Shown here piece by piece: positions 8,824 to 15,971 of a stretch of 16,081 nt of DNA. The notes beneath the pieces were generated by a model. It was not told the origin of the DNA. It worked only from the letters and a program-made list of their open reading frames with translations, and did no database searches. Both the position numbers and the translations under genes were made by a program. Positions within the stretch are counted from its first letter, which is position 1; each line of letters starts with the position of its first letter. Origin of the DNA: Synechococcus sp. (GTDB taxonomy: Bacteria; Cyanobacteriota; Cyanobacteriia; Thermostichales; PCC-7336); NCBI GenBank assembly GCA_051439605.1, contig JBFRWN010000050.1, positions 1 to 16,081 on the forward strand, read 5' to 3'.

Positions 8824-8988
8824 ATTGGTAAGGCTGTAGCGCAAATCGTTCTCGAACGTCGTGTCGGTACCCCGACCGATGTAGCAGAAGCGATCGCCTT
8901 TTTGCTTTCTGAGAAAGCAGATTGGGTCACCGGTGCGATATAGGATGTGGACAGTGGTGTCATGGCGGGTCGAAATCAATACACCTAA
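8824..8988 (+). pseudogene. Short-chain dehydrogenase/reductase (SDR) relic with an internal deletion and a premature stop
   Basis: Manual translation from 8824: [53 protein letters not shown]. The second part is a typical SDR C-terminus (GR.G.P.DVA.A..FL.S..A..VTG....VDGG); the first resembles the helix after the GxxxGIG motif. TAG at 8941-8943; no start codon. Confidence 0.78.
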
Positions 8989-9079
8989 AAGACAAGATTG
9001 GAGGGGTGTGCAGACTTACATCAAGTGCAACCTCTCTGCCAATCCTCGAACGATGTCTAGAAATTTGCTGAGGTCAATC

Positions 9080-9745
9080 GTGAAACTCAATGCCGATCTA
9101 ACAGAACGGGCTGTCGTCTTTACCGAAGACCTACCCTGGCAGGACTCTCCGATGGCAGGGGTACAGCGGCGCCTGTTGGACCGAGACGGAGATGAAGTCG
9201 CTCGCGCCACATCCATTGTTCGCTATGCTCCCGGCAGTTACTTTTCAGCTCATACCCATGGAGGCGGCGAAGAGTTTTTGGTGCTGGACGGCATTTTTTC
9301 TGACGACCGGGGTGACTATAGTCCGGGCACTTACGTGCGCAATCCAGTGGGTTCCAGCCACTCCCCCTACAGCAAAGAGGGTTGCACCATCCTGGTCAAA
9401 CTGTGGCAGGTGCATCCAGAGGATCGACAGCGGGTTGTCGTAGATACGCACAAGGCAGATTGGACTCCCGGTTTAGTCCCAGGCTTGCATGTGATTCCCC
9501 TACATGCCCACAACACCGAGCAGGTAGCGTTGGTGAAATGGGCACCTGGAACAACCTTCCAATTCCATCGTCACTGGGGCGGAGAAGAAATCTTTGTTCT
9601 AGAGGGGGTGTTCGCAGACGAGCAGGGGGTGTATCCCCAAGGAACTTGGCTGCGTAATCCACCGGGAAGCGTTCATACGCCTTTCAGTGATGAAGGGTGT
9701 CTTATTTATGTCAAAACGGGACACTTGTCCAGCTGCAATGATTGA
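9080..9745 (+). CDS. ChrR-like bicupin (two cupin domains), 221 aa; GTG 9080 preferred over ORF-track start 8933
   Basis: Two internal repeats: AHTHGGGEEFLVLDG...YVRNPVGSSHSP...GCTILVK and FHRHWGGEEIFVLEG...WLRNPPGSVHTP...GCLIYVK. GAGG at 9070-9073 precedes the GTG, and the upstream extension overlaps the SDR relic. Confidence 0.88.
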   Translation: MKLNADLTERAVVFTEDLPWQDSPMAGVQRRLLDRDGDEVARATSIVRYAPGSYFSAHTHGGGEEFLVLDGIFSDDRGDYSPGTYVRNPVGSSHSPYSKEGCTILVKLWQVHPEDRQRVVVDTHKADWTPGLVPGLHVIPLHAHNTEQVALVKWAPGTTFQFHRHWGGEEIFVLEGVFADEQGVYPQGTWLRNPPGSVHTPFSDEGCLIYVKTGHLSSCND

Positions 9746-9823
9746 GTCTACATAGTGGGGCTATCCCCGTTTCCCATACCTGACGTTTCCCGTTAAGTTT
9801 GCTGATTGGCCAATTTCCACCCC

Positions 9824-10444
9824 TCACCCCACCCCTTCAAAAGACTTTGGCTTCCGCAACAACCAAGCCATTGTCCCCCCTTTAACAAGTCCTCCCGCCA
9901 ATCCACCCACCGCCAATGTCAGCGGCCAGTTATGGGCGCTATAAACAGCTAAACCCGAACATAAATTCGGCCCACCCCCGATCGCCAACCCGATGGCGCT
10001 AGCCACTATCCACCACGCCGCTTGTCGCAAATGTCGGCGCAAATACAGCCATTGCGCCAGACCAATCGCGACTCCTCCCACCGCAGCCACCCATCCACAC
10101 GCGAGTTCTTCCGGAACCCACATGGGCAGATAAATCGAGGTGGCATCCGCCAGAGAAGCCACGGCTAAAGCCAGCCCCAAAGCACTGACCCATCCCAATC
10201 CGCACCCCACTATCGTCAACACCACCCACCACCCAGCTCTGGGCAGAAACCAACGCAGCACCAACCACTGCATGACCCCCAACAGAAAAGGACCGACCAG
10301 AAAGACAATCCACATCTCGTAAGACAGGTTGGTTAGATTTAGAACCACATTTGTCAGGACAAGGGCGATCGCAGTCGCCACCGCCCAGGCGATCGCGATC
10401 GCAACGGAGCGGAGGGGTCCTGTGGATTGAGAGACACCAGTCAT
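9824..10444 (-). CDS. Hypothetical multi-pass membrane protein with duplicated G..QWL.LR.....A.WW motif; ATG 10444 preferred over 10645
   Basis: Internal repeat GVMQWLVLRWFLPRAGWWVV / GLAQWLYLRRHLRQAAWWIV; about 6 Gly/Ala-rich hydrophobic segments. The 67-codon upstream extension looks non-coding-like. Confidence 0.72.
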   Translation of the reverse strand: MTGVSQSTGPLRSVAIAIAWAVATAIALVLTNVVLNLTNLSYEMWIVFLVGPFLLGVMQWLVLRWFLPRAGWWVVLTIVGCGLGWVSALGLALAVASLADATSIYLPMWVPEELACGWVAAVGGVAIGLAQWLYLRRHLRQAAWWIVASAIGLAIGGGPNLCSGLAVYSAHNWPLTLAVGGLAGGLVKGGTMAWLLRKPKSFEGVG

Positions 10445-10868
10445 TTGTATTAATTGGAATTGCAGAGATTGGGGGTTGCATCCCGATGCTCTCACGGAGA
10501 TTGAAGGGCGATCGAACGGACTACCCGGAAGCGATAGCATGATTGTCATCTGCTTGATGTCGAGGGACTGAATCAAGCACGGCGCTCGATTGCAAAGCCA
10601 ATGCAATGAAGGCTGACCAAACAATTCTGAGAGATTTTGTAACAAACTGAGTTTCTGTTACAGAAGGTAAACAAACAAGAATGAGAACTATCCATAGCTC
10701 GTACTCACTCTCCACAGAAGACCTAAACCCTTAAATAGAAGGCTTTACGCCTAATCATGACGGCCAAATGCCACCTCAAATACATGCGCAAAATGGTTCG
10801 CCAGTAACTTTCCCACTGTTCAATACAGCAGCATCTCGCCCAATACGTTGCATTTTTGTAAAGTATTG

Positions 10869-10886
10869 TTTACATTTATTTACATC
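10869..10886 (+). promoter_or_regulatory. HLR1-like direct repeat (candidate RpaB binding site)
   Basis: TTTACATT-TA-TTTACATC versus consensus (G/T)TTACA(T/A)(T/A)-N2-(G/T)TTACA(T/A)(T/A): one mismatch; 25 bp upstream of the psb34-like ATG. Confidence 0.65.
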
Positions 10887-10911
10887 AGGTTAATTCTTCT
10901 CGGAGGCCACC

Positions 10912-11079
10912 ATGTATCGCTTCGATGAAACCGGCGTCACCAACAATTACGCAGATATGCCCAAGGCTTACGTTGCCTCCTACCCCACCTACTGGGAGCA
11001 GCAAGCCTACCTCCGCCAAGGCGCTGCCGCAGTGCTGCTAGTGACCGCTCTACTGTTCACGGCCTTCGGCGTTAGCTAA
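10912..11079 (+). CDS. psb34: Psb34/Ssl1498-family small single-TM protein (photosystem II assembly factor-like), 55 aa; not in the ORF track
   Basis: MYRFDETGVTNNYADMPKAYVASYPTYWEQQAYLRQGAAAVLLVTALLFTAFGVS. It has the G..NN(Y/F)A..PK.Y motif, one C-terminal TM helix ending in VS, GGAGG at 10902-10906 and a downstream terminator. It could be a paralogue rather than the true orthologue. Confidence 0.85.
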   Translation: MYRFDETGVTNNYADMPKAYVASYPTYWEQQAYLRQGAAAVLLVTALLFTAFGVS

Positions 11080-11126
11080 ATCGCAAGACAACTTTTCTTA
11101 CAAAATCTCAACCTTCACAATTATTC

Positions 11127-11164
11127 AGCCCCTTTGCTACTCCTCAGCAAAGGGGTTTTCTTCT
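11127..11164 (+). terminator. Intrinsic terminator downstream of the psb34-like gene
   Basis: Perfect 10-bp stem CCCCTTTGCT (11129-11138) / AGCAAAGGGG (11146-11155), 7-nt loop, followed by TTTTCTTCT. Confidence 0.82.
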
Positions 11165-11220
11165 GGGTGAGTCCTCATCAACCAGCATGTAAAACTTAGT
11201 CAATGGTCCGATTGCGGAGG

Positions 11221-12054
11221 TTAACTCATTTTTCGCGCAATGTGAAACCCACAGAGGTTCCACAACCGCAGCCTGCCACCATAATCGCGCTCGATTGTGT
11301 CCTTGAGAGCAACAAACAGCCGATCTCTAACCGCTGCCTCTAGCTGCAAATAGGGAGAGTAAGAATTCAACAGCATCAAATAGCGGTCCACCGGATAGGT
11401 CATCTGGGATTCCACATATCCAAACACTAAGTCTGTAAATCGCTGGTACTCTAGGACGATATGCCCCAGCTGTTGGAAAACATCGATCTGAGTCGATTTA
11501 TCTTCGTGGCGATCGAGGGACGGCACATACCGTTGATAAATACTTGATAGGGATTGGTAGACCTCGAACGTCGGCTGTAATTCTTTGTTCCAAAACAAGA
11601 TTAAATGGCCGTTCTCCTTCAAGGCATCCGCAGCTTTGGGGTAGGCGATTTCTGCTGGAATCCAATGGAAGGAGCTGGCCGCCAGCACCGTATCGAAGGA
11701 GTTTTCTTCAAGGGGCCACTCTTCAAACGACAGGTTCTCAAACTTCACGTTGGGATAGGGCTGACAGTGCTGTTGGGCCAGTCGAAAAAACTCTGGATTG
11801 GGCTCTAAGCAGAGCATGTTGATGCCAAAGGGGGCGAACGATCGCGTTGCCGTCGCCGGCCCGCAGCCCACCTCCAGCATGTGGGAACGGGAGGAGAGTT
11901 GGGTCACCTCCATGACGCGATCGATGACGTCAGGGGGGTACAGCGGTCTGGCCCGGCTGTAGGCCTCAGCGGCAGGAGAGTACCATCGCTTCCGGTTTTC
12001 TAGATCGTCGCTCGATAGCTGGAAAAGGTAATGGTTCAGCTGCTTGTCAGTCAT
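11221..12054 (-). CDS. Class I SAM-dependent methyltransferase, substrate unknown
   Basis: Y.RARP.YP N-terminal motif, motif I MLEVGCGPATAT, CLEPN, SFEEW, FDTVLAASSFHWI and LKENGHLILFWN. Confidence 0.88.
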   Translation of the reverse strand: MTDKQLNHYLFQLSSDDLENRKRWYSPAAEAYSRARPLYPPDVIDRVMEVTQLSSRSHMLEVGCGPATATRSFAPFGINMLCLEPNPEFFRLAQQHCQPYPNVKFENLSFEEWPLEENSFDTVLAASSFHWIPAEIAYPKAADALKENGHLILFWNKELQPTFEVYQSLSSIYQRYVPSLDRHEDKSTQIDVFQQLGHIVLEYQRFTDLVFGYVESQMTYPVDRYLMLLNSYSPYLQLEAAVRDRLFVALKDTIERDYGGRLRLWNLCGFHIARKMS

Positions 12055-12232
12055 GGCGAGCTATCTGCCTGATGTTCAAGGGGCGATCTATGGGGGTAGG
12101 CGAGGGGTGAAACCGAAAAATGTCTGTGTATGCCATGGGTTGGGAAACGGAACGGATTAAGATACCTCACGGGTTACCCCATTTAGGTTCCAGACTTTCA
12201 CCATAGTTGCGGCTTTCACACCATTTTTCTCT

Positions 12233-13738
12233 ATGGCATTCGAGCATGATGTTTTTATTAGCTACGCCCATATTGACAACGAACCCTCGCTTGAGGGGGG
12301 AGAGGGGTGGGTTAGTAGTTTTCATCACGCACTAGAAAAGCGACTGACGAAGCTATTGGGAAAGAGGCCAAAGATTTGGCGCGATCCAAAATTGCATGGA
12401 AACGATTACTTCAGTAATGAGATTGAAGAACAGTTTCCCAAGGTTGCCCTGTTAATTTCGGTGCTGACCCCCAGCTACGTAAAATCGGACTGGTGTTTAA
12501 AAGAATTACATGACTTTTGCCTGGCTGCCTCGCAAACGGGGGGGGTGAAAGTAGTGGGCAATCAATCCCGCATCTTCAAGGCCATCAAAACCCCTCTTCC
12601 TCTAGAACAACACCCCAATGAACTACAGCCTTTGCTGGGGTACGAGTTTTTTGAGGTAAATGCGGCCAACGTTCCGGTGGAATACGGACGCGAATTTGGG
12701 CCGGAGATGGAACTGAAGTTTGTCCAAACTATCAACGAGCTGGCGTATGACATTTACAAGCTGTTGCAGGAGTTCAAGTCAGAAGGGCTATCTTCCGAAC
12801 CCGTTTCTAGCAAAACCAGTGGTCAGCTGAAACCTGTGCCCCCTCCCTCTGGGAAAGTGGTGTATTTAGCGGAGACCTGCTGCACATTGTCAGCGGTTAG
12901 GGACCAGATGCGCAGAGATCTAGCGCTGTCGGGGCACCTGGTCTTGCCCGATCGCCCTTTGCCCTATTCCAGCGAGTTTTCCTCAGAGATTCGAGCCATG
13001 CTGGCAAAGTGTGACTTGTCCGTGCACCTGCTGGCCAGCGAATCTAGTCCGGCAGATCTAACGGAGTCGTTCGAGGCACAGTTGCCCCAGATTGAAACCG
13101 CTCGCATGCGGACGCAACTGAAATTGGCCGCCAAGAAAGTCGCGGAACGGACGGGGTTTACCCAAGTGGTGTGGATGCCGGGGGCACACGAGCTAGAGGT
13201 TTGGGCATCGGAGGTGGCTCAGCTGCCAGGATACGCAGATGTCTTGCAAACACCGGTGGAGGAATTAAAGACGCTCGTACACATGCGGATCGAACATCCG
13301 GTGTCTGTCAGTGTCAGTGGGCGCAAGCGGGGGGAACGAGCCGTGGTGTATCTGGATTTTGACCGATGGGACTGTGATGACGCCGAGTTGGAACGGGTTT
13401 ACGACCTATTGAGTCAACAGTTTAAGGTGCTGATGCCCGATTACGAGGCGGGAGAAGGGTTGGAGAGTTCGGAACAGAAGTTACAGCGAGCGCAGGGAGT
13501 GTTGATTTTTTACGGTCAAGGCAGCGAGTTTTGGCTTAAAAGGCGATTGAATGCATTGCGCAAGTGTTTTTTGGGGGAGCGATCGCAGTTGACTCAAGGG
13601 GTCTTTCTGGCAAGCCCGATGACCCCTAACAAGTTGGAGTTGGCGGTACCGGGGGTTTTAGCCTTTTGCGAGCAGGTGCCGTTTTTGCCGCCGCTGCAAT
13701 CGTTTATTGACCATGTAAATCAGAGCTCGGAGGTGTAG
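12233..13738 (+). CDS. TIR-domain protein with two further predicted TIR/DUF4062-like alpha/beta domains
   Basis: N-terminal DVFISYAH...IWRD...LLISVLTPSYVKSDWCLKEL is a bacterial TIR signature with Glu91 at the catalytic position. Segments starting at about aa 208 (VVYLAET...CDLSVHLL) and aa 371 (VVYLDFD...GVLIFYG...WL) repeat a similar strand/helix pattern; this part is inference. Confidence 0.85.
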   Translation: MAFEHDVFISYAHIDNEPSLEGGEGWVSSFHHALEKRLTKLLGKRPKIWRDPKLHGNDYFSNEIEEQFPKVALLISVLTPSYVKSDWCLKELHDFCLAASQTGGVKVVGNQSRIFKAIKTPLPLEQHPNELQPLLGYEFFEVNAANVPVEYGREFGPEMELKFVQTINELAYDIYKLLQEFKSEGLSSEPVSSKTSGQLKPVPPPSGKVVYLAETCCTLSAVRDQMRRDLALSGHLVLPDRPLPYSSEFSSEIRAMLAKCDLSVHLLASESSPADLTESFEAQLPQIETARMRTQLKLAAKKVAERTGFTQVVWMPGAHELEVWASEVAQLPGYADVLQTPVEELKTLVHMRIEHPVSVSVSGRKRGERAVVYLDFDRWDCDDAELERVYDLLSQQFKVLMPDYEAGEGLESSEQKLQRAQGVLIFYGQGSEFWLKRRLNALRKCFLGERSQLTQGVFLASPMTPNKLELAVPGVLAFCEQVPFLPPLQSFIDHVNQSSEV

Positions 13739-13742
13739 GGGT

Positions 13743-15971
13743 TTGGTAGAGGTAACGGAACAACTCAATCCTTTCCCTGGATTGCGCCCCTTTGAATTTG
13801 GTGAAGAATATCTATTTTTTGGCCGCGAGGGACAAGCGGACGAGCTGCTGCTGAAACTTCAGCAGCACAGGTTTGTGGCGATTATCGGCCCTTCCGGAAG
13901 CGGCAAATCTTCGTTGGTACAAGCGGGATTATTGCCAGCTATCTATAGTGGCTTTTTACAAGGGGCCGGGTCCCACTGGCGTGTAGCGGTGATGCGACCG
14001 GGAGTATCGCCGATCCGGAATTTAGCACTGGAGTTAAATCAGCCAGAGGTATTGGGGAAAGAAGAGGAGTCTGAGGAAGATGCCAACCTGCAGGCGTTGT
14101 TTGTGGAGTCGACGCTGCAACAGGGGTGCTTGGGATTGGTAGAGGTAGTGCGGCAGGCAAGGTTGGAACCGCACGAAAACCTGTTGCTGGTAGTGGACCA
14201 GTTTGAGGAGCTGTTCCGCTTTCAGAGGGGGCGAGGTAAAGCCGGTGAACTGGCGGGGGACGAAGCAGCGGCATTTGTGAAGCTGCTGTTGGGGGCGGTG
14301 CAGCAGCGGCAGCAACCGATCTACGTTGTGTTGACCATGCGCTCAGACTTTTTGGGGGATTGTACCCAGTTTGTGGGGTTGCCGGAGGCGATTAACGACA
14401 GTCAGTATTTGATCCCGCGCATGACGCGGGACCAGCTGCGATTGGCGATCGAGGGGCCGATTGGGGTAGTGGTCGAAACAATTGCGCCGAGTTTAGTGCA
14501 GCGGCTGTTGAACGATGTGAGGGATGACCTGGATCGACTGCCGGTTTTGCAACATGCCTTGATGCGCACTTGGGACTATTGGCAGGGGCATCGCGAGGGA
14601 GACGAGCCTGTGGACCTGCGCCATTACGAGGCGATTGGGACGATGTCAGCGGCGCTATCAAATCACGCAGATGACATTTACGAGCACAAGCTGACGGCGC
14701 GGCAGCAAGAGATTGCCAAGCAGATGTTTCAGCGGCTGACGGAGCTGGGACAGGATGGGCGCGAGATCCGGCGACCAACGTCCCTGAGCGAGATCGCCAG
14801 AGTGGTGGATGTGACGGAGGAGGAAGTTCGTCGAGTGGTCGATCGGTTTCGGGGGGCGAATAATTCGTTTTTGATGCCACCGGTTCCGGAACCGCTGACG
14901 AACGAGACGATGGTGGATATTTCCCACGAGAGTTTGATGCGCATTTGGGGACGGCTGAAAGAGTGGGTCCAGGAAGAGAAAACGTCAGCCAGAGAATATC
15001 TGCGGTTGACGGATAAGGCGGCTCGCTATCGGGCAGGTGGAGCAGGCTTGCTGCAGGAACCGGAGTTGTCTTTGGCATTGAACTGGCGGCGGGAGCAGCA
15101 GCCAACGGTGGTTTGGGCGAGTCGGTATGCAGATGGGTTTAACGACACGATCGAGTTTTTGCAGGAGAGTGTGGAGGCGAGGGATCGCAAGCTTGCGGAG
15201 CGGGAACGGGCGCAGGAGGAGAAGGAAAGACTGCGAAAGCAGCAAGTAAAACGGGCGAGAAGTATTGCCCTGGGGATGACGCTGTTGGCTGCGGTGGCGA
15301 TTTGGGCGGCTGTGTTTGGTTGGTTAGCGAAGAGGCAGGCGAATCGGGATCGCGATTTGGCCGAGCGGGCTCGTTTGAATGCGACATTGTTGGCACAAAG
15401 TCTGAAGACCGACAATTTGCTGGTGTCACACCTGGAACTGGAGTCATTGGTCACAGCCATTCGTTTGGGAAAAAGGCTCGAACAAGAGAAGGGGGTGGAT
15501 GGGGATGTTCGCTGGCGAGGAGTGGCATCTTTAAGCGAAGCCGTTTACTCGGGACGAGAAAGAAACCGTTTGGAAGGGCATAGCGGGCCTATCAGGAGTG
15601 TGAGTTTCAGCCCGGATGGGCAAACACTAGCCTCTGCCAGCCCTGACAACACGATCGAGCTTTGGACCGTCGAGGGGGAAGAACTGCAAACGCTGGAGGG
15701 GCATCGCGGAAGTGTCCTGAGCGTGAGTTTCAGCCCGGACGGTGAGACGGTAGCCTCCGCCAGCTCTGACGGTACGGTCAAGCTGTGGAATTTTGAGGGA
15801 GAGGAGCTACAAACTCTGCAGGGGCATCGTGGAACTGTCTATAGCGCGAATTTCAGCCCGGACGGTCAGTCGGTGGCCTCCGCTAGCGAGGACGGCACGG
15901 TCAAGCTGTGGAATTTTGAGGGAGAAGAGCTACTAACTCTGCAGGGGCATCTTGGATCTGTCTATAGCTAG
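13743..15971 (+). CDS. STAND NTPase (nSTAND1-type) - coiled coil - predicted TM helix - WD40 repeat protein; 3' end uncertain because the repeat frame continues past the TAG
   Basis: NPFPGLRPF...FFGRE, Walker A GPSGSGKS (aa 49), Walker B LLLVVDQFEELF, LTMRSDF, LPVLQHAL and SHESL..W.RL..W; hydrophobic stretch at aa 508-529; GH...FSPDG...W repeats. TTG start with GGAGG at 13729-13733. Confidence 0.9.
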   Translation: MVEVTEQLNPFPGLRPFEFGEEYLFFGREGQADELLLKLQQHRFVAIIGPSGSGKSSLVQAGLLPAIYSGFLQGAGSHWRVAVMRPGVSPIRNLALELNQPEVLGKEEESEEDANLQALFVESTLQQGCLGLVEVVRQARLEPHENLLLVVDQFEELFRFQRGRGKAGELAGDEAAAFVKLLLGAVQQRQQPIYVVLTMRSDFLGDCTQFVGLPEAINDSQYLIPRMTRDQLRLAIEGPIGVVVETIAPSLVQRLLNDVRDDLDRLPVLQHALMRTWDYWQGHREGDEPVDLRHYEAIGTMSAALSNHADDIYEHKLTARQQEIAKQMFQRLTELGQDGREIRRPTSLSEIARVVDVTEEEVRRVVDRFRGANNSFLMPPVPEPLTNETMVDISHESLMRIWGRLKEWVQEEKTSAREYLRLTDKAARYRAGGAGLLQEPELSLALNWRREQQPTVVWASRYADGFNDTIEFLQESVEARDRKLAERERAQEEKERLRKQQVKRARSIALGMTLLAAVAIWAAVFGWLAKRQANRDRDLAERARLNATLLAQSLKTDNLLVSHLELESLVTAIRLGKRLEQEKGVDGDVRWRGVASLSEAVYSGRERNRLEGHSGPIRSVSFSPDGQTLASASPDNTIELWTVEGEELQTLEGHRGSVLSVSFSPDGETVASASSDGTVKLWNFEGEELQTLQGHRGTVYSANFSPDGQSVASASEDGTVKLWNFEGEELLTLQGHLGSVYS

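Larger units (their letters stand above)
701..13586. repeat. Dispersed HIP1 octamers (GCGATCGC)
   Basis: Seen at 701, 1061, 3057, 6379, 7715, 8208, 8890, 10365, 10389, 10395 and 13579. Fewer than one would be expected by chance in 16 kb. Confidence 0.85.

Noticed and set aside
8794..8979. 61-aa minus-strand ORF as a real gene
   Set aside because: It is the antisense shadow of the plus-strand SDR relic and has no recognisable motifs.
8933..9079. 49-aa N-terminal extension of the cupin
   Set aside because: It overlaps the SDR relic in another frame; GTG 9080 has an SD-like GAGG and starts at the family-like KLNAD sequence.
10858..10873. NtcA box upstream of the psb34-like gene
   Set aside because: The spacing is GTA-N10-TAC, not GTA-N8-TAC; the HLR1-like direct repeat fits better.
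11221..12054. DNA methyltransferase or part of the TIR-STAND system
   Set aside because: It lacks DPPY/NPPY or PCQ catalytic motifs, looks like a small-molecule class I methyltransferase and is transcribed divergently; nothing beyond adjacency links it.
13939..15781. Minus-strand ORFs inside the STAND gene, for example 14392..15105 (237 aa)
   Set aside because: They are Pro/Ser/Ala-rich antisense shadows of a G-rich coding strand with no domain motifs.
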